Virus record (IMG/VR): IMGVR_UViG_3300025660_000004
DNA from: an uncultured virus (IMG/VR IMGVR_UViG_3300025660_000004)
Taxonomy: Duplodnaviria; Heunggongvirae; Uroviricota; Caudoviricetes
Length of the DNA stretch: 64,000 nucleotides
Direction: 5' to 3' (one strand)
Positions 1 to 8,907 of this stretch are shown here, piece after piece. The notes under the pieces were generated by a model, which worked only from the letters and a program-made list of their open reading frames with translations, had not been told where the DNA came from and did not search any database. Position numbers and translations under genes: made by a program. Every line of letters begins with the position of its first letter. Position 1 is the stretch's first letter.

Positions 1-34
1 ACGGCCGATCACCGTACCCGGTCCGCCCTTGGGG

Positions 35-1324
35 TCAGTAGTAGACGCAGCCGGGGCGGCTCTGCGTGCAGAGCAGGCACGACACGACGCCGGGACTGCA
101 CCCACCGTCGATGCACGCCTGCCCGGTGTAGTGGTTGCAGTCGTCGTCAGGCTCACCGCCGCCGACGCCACCACCACCGTAGAAGGGGGGTGCCCAGTGC
201 TCCTTCTCGAAGCCGATGGGCTCCCGAGGCTTGGTGCTGCCGAGATCGTGCGCGTCAGCGTCCTCGTCCTCGCCGTCGCAGTCCTGGTGGCCTGTCTCGC
301 CGTCCAGGTCGCCCTCGAAACCACAGGCCGGGTTCACGCACATATCCGTACCGGCCCCTGTGTAGAACCAGCCGTAGGTGCCCATCTCGAACCCGCAGCC
401 GGGACAGCCGTTGGCGGGGTCGGCTGCCCATGTTGAACCAGCCGCGTTGGACTGCATGGTCAGGTAGAGGTACCCGGCCGCTCCGATGCCGACGAGCACG
501 AGGCCCCCGGTCAGGCAGGCGAACGCCTCTGCGGTGAGCATCCCGCCGCCGAACAGGACGGTCGAGGGGGTGCTGATGTAGTAGGTCACGCCTGCGATGG
601 TGGCGACCCCGCCGCTGATCATCCCGAAGCTGGCCACGGAGATGAGCCGGTCGAACTCAGCGTCGATGGCGTCCTGATAGCCGTCCGATGCCTTCCGCAT
701 CGCGTTGCAGGACAGGGAGCAGCCACCGGGGGCTGTCACGTCGTACAGGCCCTCCCCGAGCATCTCGTTGGCGAGGACCCAGTCCATGTAGTCGTCGTAG
801 TCGTCCTGCACATCGACCTTGGTGGCCCCTGCGCTGATGGGGCGTTCCGTGATCGGGGTGTCCGACACCCACACCTCGGCGTCACCGTTCGCCGTGGGGC
901 CGTAGTAGAGCCACAGGTCAGAGGCCCCGCCCAAGAAGACCTCGGCGGTGGCCGTCACGGCGGACAGGGTGACCCACCGCTGATCGGTGGTGGTGTCCTC
1001 GTAGAAGCCCACGTAGACGCCGTGGTCATAGGTCAGCCCCATGGGGTTCGGGTTCGGGGTGATGACGAAGTCCGCATGAGCAGCGGACACCATTCCGAGG
1101 GTCAGCCCGATGAGGATCAGGCCCGCACCGACGAAGGTGAGGGGGTGACGAGCCCACCCCTTCCAGAGCACCCCACCCACACCGATGAGCGATGCCACCG
1201 TCACGGCAGTTGCCGCTACGAAGTAGCCCTGGACGGCCAGGATGAAGCTGATGATGGCGAGGGCAGCGAGCCCCACCGCGATTCCGCGTCGTACTCGTGT
1301 CGTCTCTGTCGAAGTGGGCGACAT
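35..1324 (-). CDS. hypothetical membrane protein with Cys-rich C-terminus
   Basis: Long ORF; ATG 1324 preceded by GGAGG; several hydrophobic segments; promoter motif upstream. Confidence 0.7.
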   Translation of the reverse strand: MSPTSTETTRVRRGIAVGLAALAIISFILAVQGYFVAATAVTVASLIGVGGVLWKGWARHPLTFVGAGLILIGLTLGMVSAAHADFVITPNPNPMGLTYDHGVYVGFYEDTTTDQRWVTLSAVTATAEVFLGGASDLWLYYGPTANGDAEVWVSDTPITERPISAGATKVDVQDDYDDYMDWVLANEMLGEGLYDVTAPGGCSLSCNAMRKASDGYQDAIDAEFDRLISVASFGMISGGVATIAGVTYYISTPSTVLFGGGMLTAEAFACLTGGLVLVGIGAAGYLYLTMQSNAAGSTWAADPANGCPGCGFEMGTYGWFYTGAGTDMCVNPACGFEGDLDGETGHQDCDGEDEDADAHDLGSTKPREPIGFEKEHWAPPFYGGGGVGGGEPDDDCNHYTGQACIDGGCSPGVVSCLLCTQSRPGCVYY

Positions 1325-1395
1325 GATGTCGTCCTCCAGCACGCGGACGCCTCGGTCCGAACGTGCCGACACCATTGAATAGGTGTCACCCACCA

Positions 1396-1423
1396 ACTAC
1401 GGGGCGCTGGTTTCTTCTGAGCC
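1396..1423 (-). promoter_or_regulatory. phage promoter motif GGCTCAGA-N14-CGTAGT
   Basis: Exact motif and 14-nt spacer; points into 35..1324. Confidence 0.75.
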
Positions 1424-1630
1424 GTTCCTGGCGATTTTGTCGAGGATGGCGAAGACCCGTGCGTCCTCTACCCGGTTCAGGTGGTGGATGGACTGGCTCT
1501 CCAGCATGTGCAGCGCGGCAGAGCTGGTCGAGAAGCGAGTCGGCCCTTCCATGAGGGTCGCGTCCGCCAGCGTCCAGCCCGTGACGAAGCCGAGGACCAC
1601 CGGCTCATCTTCACCAGAATGAGGGATCAA
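1397..1630 (-). CDS. hypothetical protein
   Basis: 77-aa ORF translationally coupled to upstream gene. Confidence 0.55.
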   Translation of the reverse strand: MIPHSGEDEPVVLGFVTGWTLADATLMEGPTRFSTSSAALHMLESQSIHHLNRVEDARVFAILDKIARNGSEETSAP

Positions 1631-1941
1631 GGGGCATCGTCGTCCTTGAGGTAGTAGAGGGAGGCCCCGGACGGCTCCGGCATCTTCTGGATGGGGAACA
1701 GCGACTTGCCGATGTCCATCATGTTGAGCCGTCGTCGCCCGGTGTCCACCTTGGCGAATTGCTCGATGATCGCCTGTGTGGACTTCGCGTCCTGCTCGCT
1801 GTAGTCCCGCAGGGCCTTCTCTACTTCCGCCTGCTTCGCCACTTGGGCCGCGAGGCGCAGCTCCATCTGGTCGTAGTCGTTGACGATGAAGACGCGGGGC
1901 TCTGGCTCCGGCTCATCCCAGAAGGTCGGGTCAAGGGGCAT
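1627..1941 (-). CDS. MPLDPxFW-tag protein; motif mosaic (PolA motif A-like, ExoIII-like, capsid-like)
   Basis: N-terminus MPLDPTFWDEPEP; contains DYDQMELRLAA and YSEQDAKST. Confidence 0.75.
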   Translation of the reverse strand: MPLDPTFWDEPEPEPRVFIVNDYDQMELRLAAQVAKQAEVEKALRDYSEQDAKSTQAIIEQFAKVDTGRRRLNMMDIGKSLFPIQKMPEPSGASLYYLKDDDAP

Positions 1942-2275
1942 CGGGGTCTCCCTTGGCCTTGGCCAGCAGGCGGTCCAGTAGCTTCCCGCTGACGATCAGG
2001 GGCACGACCCTGCCGTGCTCATCCACGGTGTTCACCAGCGTCTTCACCGTCGCCATCTTCTTGTCGAGGATGGCCTTGATGCGGTCGTCGGGGCTTCGAT
2101 TCTTGAGGTTGGTCCAGACCAGCGGCCGGTGCTTGTCCGGGTTGTGGATGGTCGTGACCATGTCGGCCTGGCGGCTGTCGAACGGCGGGAAGCTGATGGT
2201 CTTGGCGAGGTGTCGCAGCGACTTCCAGTCGAACGGCTCCGGCTCCTCGATCCAGAATGAGGGGTCAAGTGGCAC
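1931..2275 (-). CDS. MPLDPxFW-tag protein; motif mosaic (PolA motif B-like, DnaB-like, SNF2-like)
   Basis: N-terminus MPLDPSFWIEEPEP (GTG start); contains LRHLAKTISF, QADMV..LKNR. Confidence 0.75.
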   Translation of the reverse strand: MPLDPSFWIEEPEPFDWKSLRHLAKTISFPPFDSRQADMVTTIHNPDKHRPLVWTNLKNRSPDDRIKAILDKKMATVKTLVNTVDEHGRVVPLIVSGKLLDRLLAKAKGDPDAP

Positions 2276-2771
2276 GGGTGGCTCCGAGCAGCAGGGCGTA
2301 CAGCCGCTTGTCAGCAGCGGTCGTGGTCGGCTGCCGGATGTGCTCCATCACCTTCTGTTCAAGGTAGCTCTGACCGGGGCTGGTGGCCGGGTCAAGGGCG
2401 ATGAGCGAGTCCATGACGATGAGCTTGGAGTCGAGGCCGTTGGTCTCGAAGTCGAACGCCTTGATGGCGTCGAAGTTGGCCTGCGACATGAACGTGGTCT
2501 GTGGCTTGAGCTTCTGGTCGAGATACGCCTGCATCTGCTCCATGAGCGGCTTGCCGCTCGGCCAGCCGCCGGGCATCGGGTCCCACATCGTCTGAACCGG
2601 CTTGCTGGACGGGCCGGGGATCTCGCCGCAGGGGTTCGGCGTGTAGGGGACCTTGCAGCCCATCGACATCGACGTGGGCATCGCTGGCTTCGGCGTCAGG
2701 TCCGGCCACGGTGGCATCGGACGCGGCGGCTCCGGGTCCTCGATCCAGAATGATTCAGGCAGGGGCATCAA
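2265..2771 (-). CDS. MPLxxSFW-tag protein; motif mosaic (RNR-, RecA-, ExoI-like)
   Basis: N-terminus MPLPESFWIEDPEP; contains NPCGEIP, AFDFETNGLD, LIVMDSLIAL. Confidence 0.75.
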   Translation of the reverse strand: MMPLPESFWIEDPEPPRPMPPWPDLTPKPAMPTSMSMGCKVPYTPNPCGEIPGPSSKPVQTMWDPMPGGWPSGKPLMEQMQAYLDQKLKPQTTFMSQANFDAIKAFDFETNGLDSKLIVMDSLIALDPATSPGQSYLEQKVMEHIRQPTTTAADKRLYALLLGATRAT

Positions 2772-2973
2772 TGCTCTCGAAGTAGCTGACCATGTGCTCG
2801 ATGATGTACGCCTTGCTCATCGTCTTGCCCTCGCCCCTGTCGTGCCACTGGACCGTGCCAAGGGTCTCGGCCAAGGCCAGCAGCTCTGTGCGGGTCATCA
2901 GCAGCAGCTTCTTGCGCCAGTTGTCGTACCAAGGAACGGTGTCCTCGATCCAGAACGAGGGGTCAAGGGGCAT
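2755..2973 (-). CDS. MPLDPSFW-tag protein with Rho-N/HeH-like helical domain
   Basis: Tag followed by LLLMTRTELLALAETLG...MSKAYIIEHM pattern. Confidence 0.7.
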   Translation of the reverse strand: MPLDPSFWIEDTVPWYDNWRKKLLLMTRTELLALAETLGTVQWHDRGEGKTMSKAYIIEHMVSYFESIDAPA

Positions 2974-2977
2974 CGGT

Positions 2978-3184
2978 CTAGTCCCCCTTGAGGATGCCCT
3001 GCCGGGTGAGGGCCGTGATCATGTCCCTGATGTAGTGCTCGCGCTCTGGCTCCGACGTGGGGACCTCGCCCTCCGGGCGTCCACAGGCCACCGACACCCG
3101 CTCGGGGAACAGGCGGACGAAGTTCGGGGCGATGCTCCACGAGAGCATGATCGGCTCATCCCAAAATGAGGGGTCAAGCGCCAT
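2978..3184 (-). CDS. MALDPSFW-tag small protein
   Basis: N-terminus MALDPSFWDEP; overlaps neighbour in operon. Confidence 0.7.
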   Translation of the reverse strand: MALDPSFWDEPIMLSWSIAPNFVRLFPERVSVACGRPEGEVPTSEPEREHYIRDMITALTRQGILKGD

Positions 3185-3491
3185 CGTCGGTGTCCTTGCA
3201 GACGGGGCAGTCCTCTGGTCCGGGGACGTGACAGCCCATCGAGGTCATCGGGACGGGCTGCTGCGGGTTGAGCACCCGATCTATGGCCAGCACGGTCAAG
3301 TTGGCCTCGATGCCATTCTCGGTGATCTCGATGTCGGAGACCGTGCAGTCGTGCTTGTCGCCCGCAGGATCGGTGACGCTGACGGTGCCCTTGGCAGCCA
3401 GGTCAGCGGCGACCGACTCCAGCACGTCGTCTTCGATGATCGTCATGCCGTCCTTCGACGCACGGGGGACCATGAGGGCGTGGAAGCTCAC
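3174..3491 (-). CDS. hypothetical protein
   Basis: GTG start overlapping upstream stop; contains TSMGCHVP and CPVC. Confidence 0.6.
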   Translation of the reverse strand: MSFHALMVPRASKDGMTIIEDDVLESVAADLAAKGTVSVTDPAGDKHDCTVSDIEITENGIEANLTVLAIDRVLNPQQPVPMTSMGCHVPGPEDCPVCKDTDDGA

Positions 3492-3742
3492 TGGCGATGT
3501 ACCTCTTTCCCGAACCACTCGGCGCAGGAGACGCTGGTGCTCGATGCGAACCCGCGCTTCCCCTGGCCCCAACTGCACTCTATGGCACAAGCCGGGTGGG
3601 CGTCGGAGGCGTTGAACTGGACGACCGTGCAGCTCACCTCATCGGGTGTCTCCACCGGGAAGACGTGCATGTCACCCTAGCCCTGATGGGCTAGGGACGC
3701 GGCGAGGCCAACGCCTGCCAAGAGCCATTGCCACCACTTCAT
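3488..3742 (-). CDS. putative exported small protein with an in-frame TAG at codon 22 (or 60-aa ORF 3488..3670 alone)
   Basis: MKWWQWLLAGVGLAASLAHQG-TAG-GDMHVF... in one frame; GGAG upstream. Confidence 0.45.
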
Positions 3743-3762
3743 CAGAGGATCTCCATTCTTCG

Positions 3763-3791
3763 ACTACTCGGCATCAGGTGTTCCTGAGCCC
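3763..3791 (-). promoter_or_regulatory. phage promoter motif
   Basis: GGGCTCAGG-N14-AGTAGT. Confidence 0.7.
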
Positions 3792-4637
3792 CTCCTGCTG
3801 CCCGTACAGCAGCAACCACTCGAAGAGCTTGCTGGCGTACAGCTTCTCGCACCGTTCGATGCCCTCTCGACCGTCCTTGCAGACCGTCGTGGCTGCCTCA
3901 TGCTTGAACTTCAACGTGACCGGCGGGAGGGAGAAGAACGTGCTGATGCTGGCGAGCTGGATTTCTCCACCGTACCGCCAGTGGTCGCCCTTCCGCTGAA
4001 CGCCGAGCATCCCGACCTTCTTGCCCTTCCGCAGAATGTGGCAGGCGTGGGCACCTCGGCCCTTGCCCGCTACCCACGGCAGCCGTTGGATGATGAGGTC
4101 CTCCACGTCGATCCACGTCGCGTTGATCAGGTGCAGGTCGTACCCCGCCCTGAACGCCATCGACGTGTTGCCCATGAAGGCGTCCGGGTGCAATGCGCTG
4201 CGGATCGTCTCCAGCGCGGTCTTGCAGATGCCCCGGTGGACCCACGACAGCCAGGCCGCCAGGCCCGCGTCTGACTTGATGCGACGGGTCGCGCACTCGA
4301 TGGTCGCTCCCCGTCGCCCGGTGCGTCCACGGGCGTCCACGTGGCCTAGGACAGCCACGTTCTGCCGCCAGAAACCCTCGTACATCGTGTCGTGGTCTGT
4401 CGGTCGCGTGGTACCGACGATGCCGACCCAATGGCTCCCGATCTGCGACGCGACCGTCCACGGGCCTCGTGCCGTGTTCGGCTCAATCACGCCATGCGGG
4501 AACACGGCCTTCAGCAAGGCGATGAAGCCGGGAGCACGGTCGTCCGCACCGCGCAGCTTCATCGCCTCCTGCGCAGCCTCTATCGGGTCCTGCTCAAGAT
4601 CGTCGTCCCAAAAGGAGTCGGGGAAGCCGCTCATCAC
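3774..4637 (-). CDS. tag-family protein (MSGFPDSFWDDD), function unknown
   Basis: 287-aa ORF with variant tag. Confidence 0.7.
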   Translation of the reverse strand: MMSGFPDSFWDDDLEQDPIEAAQEAMKLRGADDRAPGFIALLKAVFPHGVIEPNTARGPWTVASQIGSHWVGIVGTTRPTDHDTMYEGFWRQNVAVLGHVDARGRTGRRGATIECATRRIKSDAGLAAWLSWVHRGICKTALETIRSALHPDAFMGNTSMAFRAGYDLHLINATWIDVEDLIIQRLPWVAGKGRGAHACHILRKGKKVGMLGVQRKGDHWRYGGEIQLASISTFFSLPPVTLKFKHEAATTVCKDGREGIERCEKLYASKLFEWLLLYGQQEGLRNT

Positions 4638-5260
4638 ACCTCTCGCTTGACCACCTCACCGTCATCCAGACGGTAGGCAGCCATGAACAGGTCACGGAAC
4701 CGACCGTGGATGGCCGTCAGCCGGGCCACGTCGTCCGCCACGTACTCCAGGGGAGGGGTGCGGTCGCTCGCGTCGATCATCGGGTCATCGAACCTGCCGA
4801 TGCCGTTGATCAGCGAGTCCAGCTCCGATGCCAGATTCTTCTCCCACTCACCGTGGGAGTCGAACATCGTCGTGTCGCGCTCCCGGAGCCGTCGAAGCTC
4901 TGCGACCGACTCGGCCGCATCCTCGTGGCCATCGGTGGCGAGCAGTTCCAGCTTGCGGATCAGGGCCTCGTAGTGCCGGGCGGCGGACTCTCGCGTCCAC
5001 CGCTTCGTCAGGAACTTCTCGGCGAGGTAACCGGGGTCCAGCTCACCGACGAAGTCGGACAGCGGGATGTCGCTCGGCCACCCACGCTTCAGATCGATGC
5101 GCTGAAGGACCACACCCGCAGGCGTAGCCGTCACCATGACGGAGTTGAAGTCGGTGATGTTGGGGGGTCGGATGCTCCAGCACTTCACCGGCCTGTCATC
5201 AACGATGACCGCCAGCGTGTGCCCGGCGAACATCGTGACGTAGTGCTCGGTGGGTTCCAC
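4634..5260 (-). CDS. hypothetical protein
   Basis: 208-aa ORF, GGAG RBS, promoter upstream. Confidence 0.7.
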   Translation of the reverse strand: MEPTEHYVTMFAGHTLAVIVDDRPVKCWSIRPPNITDFNSVMVTATPAGVVLQRIDLKRGWPSDIPLSDFVGELDPGYLAEKFLTKRWTRESAARHYEALIRKLELLATDGHEDAAESVAELRRLRERDTTMFDSHGEWEKNLASELDSLINGIGRFDDPMIDASDRTPPLEYVADDVARLTAIHGRFRDLFMAAYRLDDGEVVKREV

Positions 5261-5297
5261 GGGTTCTCCAGATCGGGTTTCTTACAGTCTCATCCGT

Positions 5298-5326
5298 ACT
5301 ACTCGCGGGCGTGACTGTCTGAGCCC
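5298..5326 (-). promoter_or_regulatory. phage promoter motif
   Basis: GGGCTCAGA-N14-AGTAGT. Confidence 0.75.
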
Positions 5327-5329
5327 TCC

Positions 5330-6340
5330 CTACTTCCGCTTCGGGCCACAGGGGCGGTCGTAGCTCTTGTCCAGCACGGCATCGACGGTCGCCGTGGGGT
5401 GCCGGAGCCGCCAGCGGCGGACGATCTCGCTGATGGGGTGGTCGCCTCGCAGGAACATCTTGGGGTTGGTCGCCAGGGCCGTTGCCTCGTAGGCCACCAC
5501 CTCCGCGAACTTCGCGGGGTCGATGACCGACAGGCACCAGAACCAGCCGTTCGGCTGGAAGTGGCAGGCGACGCAGCCGGACTTCCGTGTGCCGTTGAGC
5601 CGCCGGGTGCGGAGGATGGCTGCTTCGTCGGCCTTGTTGATGCCTGCCTCGACCAGCGGGTAGGCCGCTACGACGCAGGGGTTCTCCTTCTGTGCCTTGC
5701 CGTCCACGGCCTTGATGCGGCCAGCTTCGTCGGCTGCGTAGCCGATGAGGACGATGTGCTGCTCTCGCTCACCCGCCTTCATCGCCTTGGCCCAGCCTCG
5801 GTTGTCGAGGCCGAACCGCTGCTTGCAGAGGTCACCCATGAAGCGCCCGTTGATGGGCCTGATCTTGTGGTTGGTGGTGCAGCCCGCCGACTTGCGGATC
5901 GTGATGGACTCCGTTCGCCGGTAGTCCTCCATGATCGGAGCGCGTCGGTGGTAGTAGCCGCCCGCTGCCTTCTGCTCGATGGTCGCACCCTTGAGCGCCT
6001 GGACCCACTTCGGGACGGAGCGGATGCCGACGACACCTTCGGCCACGTCCTTGAGCCGCTGCCGCCAGCCCAGCGGGCCAGTCTCGGGGGGCTTGGCGAG
6101 GACGTAGAAGGGGATGCCTGCCGTCTCGCACATCTTCCGCAGACGGGCGATCAGCTTGTAGCTGTGCTCCCACTCGGCTCCGGGGTCGGAGAAGCACACC
6201 CCGTCCACGTCGCGGGGGCCGCAGAGCACGCCGTTGATCAACAGCTTCCCGGCCAGCAGCAACACGATCATGGCGACCGAATCGCGGCCAAGGCCGAGGG
6301 AGAGGATGATCAGGCGTCGAGCATTGAGGGGGCGTCTCAT
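5330..6340 (-). CDS. PAPS-reductase-like / PP-loop adenine nucleotide alpha-hydrolase family protein
   Basis: PP-loop-like SLGLGRDS, CTTNHKIRP, YPL, KSGCVACHF; ATG 6 nt after promoter box. Confidence 0.65.
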   Translation of the reverse strand: MRRPLNARRLIILSLGLGRDSVAMIVLLLAGKLLINGVLCGPRDVDGVCFSDPGAEWEHSYKLIARLRKMCETAGIPFYVLAKPPETGPLGWRQRLKDVAEGVVGIRSVPKWVQALKGATIEQKAAGGYYHRRAPIMEDYRRTESITIRKSAGCTTNHKIRPINGRFMGDLCKQRFGLDNRGWAKAMKAGEREQHIVLIGYAADEAGRIKAVDGKAQKENPCVVAAYPLVEAGINKADEAAILRTRRLNGTRKSGCVACHFQPNGWFWCLSVIDPAKFAEVVAYEATALATNPKMFLRGDHPISEIVRRWRLRHPTATVDAVLDKSYDRPCGPKRK

Positions 6341-6346
6341 GCCCCT

Positions 6347-6375
6347 ACTACGGCTACGTCGAGCGTTCTGAGCCC
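6347..6375 (-). promoter_or_regulatory. phage promoter motif (leaderless)
   Basis: GGGCTCAGA-N14-CGTAGT-N6-ATG. Confidence 0.75.
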
Positions 6376-6941
6376 CACACCGCCCACCAGCGGGAGTCCT
6401 TGCTCTCGGCCGAGGGGTCACGGAACCGGAGCCCCTTGTAGTCCTCCAGCCGGAAGGTCACGCCGGATTCTTCGGCCGCACGGAGCTGCGGGGTCGGGTC
6501 GGCCAGGAGGTCAGATGGCCAGCGGACCGTCTCGGTCGCTGATGAGTCGAGCAGCTCCAGGTGCAGCATCACCATCGGTCGGCCCTTGAAGGACTTCAGG
6601 ACGGGCTTCTCCACGGAGCCTAGGAGCCAGCTCTGCCCGACGACATCACCCACCTGGACGTAGGGCTGTACCTCGCCGTAGACGACCACACCGGAGGCCC
6701 CACGGACCAGGATGGCGAAGGTCTCGTTCCACCAGGGCGTCTCGCGGGGCCGGGAGTTCGGGCCGGTGAAGGTCTCGATGCCGATCACGACACCGGCTTC
6801 GACGGCGACGACCGGCTGGCTGAGTTCGCAGTAGATGTCCACGCCGGAGTGTGTGTCGAAGCGACGCACGGCACCGTAGCGGCCTGGCTCATCGGGGAAC
6901 ACTCGCTCGGCCCCAGGTAGGGGCCACACCCACTTCGTCAC
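6354..6941 (-). CDS. M23 family metallopeptidase
   Basis: HSGVD (HxxxD) and LHLE motifs; VVAVEAGVV. Confidence 0.75.
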   Translation of the reverse strand: MTKWVWPLPGAERVFPDEPGRYGAVRRFDTHSGVDIYCELSQPVVAVEAGVVIGIETFTGPNSRPRETPWWNETFAILVRGASGVVVYGEVQPYVQVGDVVGQSWLLGSVEKPVLKSFKGRPMVMLHLELLDSSATETVRWPSDLLADPTPQLRAAEESGVTFRLEDYKGLRFRDPSAESKDSRWWAVWGSERST

Positions 6942-6964
6942 ATCGTCTCCGTTGTCTTCTGAAC

Positions 6965-7501
6965 CTACGCCTTCGTGCCCTGACGGGCCTTCCGCAGCGC
7001 CTCTGCCGCGAACGGCTCGGCGACCCGCTCGACTTCGTGCAGGGCATCGTCGCAGGAGTCGCAGTAGAGGGGGTCAACGTGCTGCGTGACGACTCCCCGG
7101 CCCTTGCTGGCTGCCTCCTTCAGCAGGAGGTCTCGACGGTCCACAGGGCCGGTCTTGCCGCCCTCCGCACGCTCCTGCTTCGCGATGCGCCAGGACCAGC
7201 CCCACGGCCACCAACTGCTCTGGTACTCGCCGCCAGGGTGGACCAGCTTGCCGTCCGTGAAGACGCGGACCCGGTGCCATTCGCCACCACCCCACGACAC
7301 GCAGACGCGCATCTGGTGGCCCCCAAGCTCGACTTCGGGCGAGAGGGTCCAGGTCACGCCGGATGACCAGTCCTGCTTCTCGACGGTCTTCGGCCAGTCG
7401 GCTCCGACGCCTCTGTACTCGGCCTTGCCGCCGAGCCATATCTCGCGTCGGGTCAGCTTGAAGATGGCCTTGGCTAGCTGCCTGAGTTGCTTGGCGCTCA
7501 C
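6965..7501 (-). CDS. hypothetical protein
   Basis: 178-aa ORF in operon. Confidence 0.6.
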   Translation of the reverse strand: MSAKQLRQLAKAIFKLTRREIWLGGKAEYRGVGADWPKTVEKQDWSSGVTWTLSPEVELGGHQMRVCVSWGGGEWHRVRVFTDGKLVHPGGEYQSSWWPWGWSWRIAKQERAEGGKTGPVDRRDLLLKEAASKGRGVVTQHVDPLYCDSCDDALHEVERVAEPFAAEALRKARQGTKA

Positions 7502-7704
7502 GGGTGGGTCACGACGGGCTTGCCGAAACGGAGCCAGAACTCATCGAACGTCTCCTGGTCGGCCTTGTCCACCACGACCATCTTCTCGGCGTAGTTGTCG
7601 CACTTCGGGTCGTGCCCCTTGTGGCTGCACGTCCGACCGTGCTGTGCGCAGGAGTCCGGGTGGTTGAACCAGGTGGCCGTGAAGGGGACCTTCGGGAGCT
7701 TCAT
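7498..7704 (-). CDS. small Cys/His-rich hypothetical protein
   Basis: 68-aa ORF coupled to neighbours. Confidence 0.55.
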   Translation of the reverse strand: MKLPKVPFTATWFNHPDSCAQHGRTCSHKGHDPKCDNYAEKMVVVDKADQETFDEFWLRFGKPVVTHP

Positions 7705-7707
7705 TGC

Positions 7708-7893
7708 CTAGTCCCGGCAGGCTCGGCAGTGGCTCTGGTTGGTGATCACGTCGCCGCCGTGCTTGCCTTTCACGCCCATCTTGCGGAGTCCGAAGTCGTC
7801 CAGGGGCTTCTCGACCTTGCACTTGGGGCACAGGCGGTAGGTCACTCCGTCGCGGAGCCCTGTCGCCTTGATCCGAATCTCGTCGCGTTCCAT
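7708..7893 (-). CDS. small zinc-finger protein
   Basis: CPKC...CRAC; AAGGAG RBS before ATG 7893. Confidence 0.65.
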   Translation of the reverse strand: MERDEIRIKATGLRDGVTYRLCPKCKVEKPLDDFGLRKMGVKGKHGGDVITNQSHCRACRD

Positions 7894-7907
7894 GTTCTGC
7901 TCCTTGG

Positions 7908-8558
7908 TCAGCCCTCGACTGTGATGCCGAGGCCCTCGGCCACCTCCAGCCAGATCGGCAGGTTCGCGGCGGGGTAGAGGTAGAAGGTCACGTCGATGGG
8001 CCAGTCGCGGTAGTCGTGGGCGAGCTGGAGAGCCACCTCGGCACAGACATCGACCGGGCATCCGTAGTCGCCTGCACTGATGGCCGGGTAGGCGATGCTG
8101 GTGCAGCCCATCCCCACAGCGGTCAGCAGCGGCATCTTGTAGCAGGCCCGCAGCGTCGTCCGGGCGACGGTCTCGGCCAGGATGCCCTTCACGCCGATCT
8201 TCATCTGGTTGCCCGCGAGGGCGGACATCGGGTTGTTGGCGATGTAGAGCTTCGCGTCGGGGTCAGACGGCCACACCGGGCCAGCCGTGTGAATGACCCA
8301 CCGGCAGGGCAGGTCGAAGGCGGGGACCGGGATCGCTCCACCGTTCGGGACGCGGATGTTGGTGATGGGGGAGAGGCCGGGGCCGTAGCCCTCGCCCTCT
8401 GTGAAGGGCAGCGTCAGGCAGGCTGCGAGCAGACCCGGACCAGCCGCACGGTGGATGGCTCCATCGGCCCCGCCGCCGCCGAGTCCCGCGTTGTTGGCCG
8501 GGTTGACGATGGCGTCGCCGCCGAACGTGGTGATGTCGCCTGCGATGAGTCTGATCAT
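7908..8558 (-). CDS. macrodomain protein (ADP-ribose binding/hydrolase, YmdB-like)
   Basis: GDIT, DAIVNPAN, GGGGADGAIHRAAG, VIHTAGP, SIAYPAISAGDYG. Confidence 0.92.
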   Translation of the reverse strand: MIRLIAGDITTFGGDAIVNPANNAGLGGGGADGAIHRAAGPGLLAACLTLPFTEGEGYGPGLSPITNIRVPNGGAIPVPAFDLPCRWVIHTAGPVWPSDPDAKLYIANNPMSALAGNQMKIGVKGILAETVARTTLRACYKMPLLTAVGMGCTSIAYPAISAGDYGCPVDVCAEVALQLAHDYRDWPIDVTFYLYPAANLPIWLEVAEGLGITVEG

Positions 8559-8848
8559 GCTGCCTTCGTGGTTGCGGGGAACAGGTACTTGGCCGCTGCT
8601 TTGAGGGTGTTGGTCGCCACGATGGGGCTCGCGTGCATGGTCTTGCCCGTCTCCCGCCAGGAGTGGTAGCCACCGTCAGTCTGGAACCACGCGAAGTCGA
8701 GCACCTTCCAGCCCCGCTCCGTGGTCATCAGGGAGAGCGCCTGGCCCTTGCCCATGCTGCCGACGCCGACGCTGGTGGTCGTGATGCGCAGCTTCTCCCC
8801 GGTGGGGGTCGTCGCGAAGGTGCTGTCGCCGATGAGAGTCCACTTCAT
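8555..8848 (-). CDS. hypothetical protein
   Basis: 97-aa ORF, GGAG RBS, promoter upstream. Confidence 0.65.
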   Translation of the reverse strand: MKWTLIGDSTFATTPTGEKLRITTTSVGVGSMGKGQALSLMTTERGWKVLDFAWFQTDGGYHSWRETGKTMHASPIVATNTLKAAAKYLFPATTKAA

Positions 8849-8878
8849 GTCCGTGCTCCGTGGTTGTCGTCCACCCCT

Positions 8879-8907
8879 ACTACTGGCAGGGGCGGACGAC
8901 TGAGCCC
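8879..8907 (-). promoter_or_regulatory. phage promoter motif
   Basis: GGGCTCAGT-N14-AGTAGT. Confidence 0.72.
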
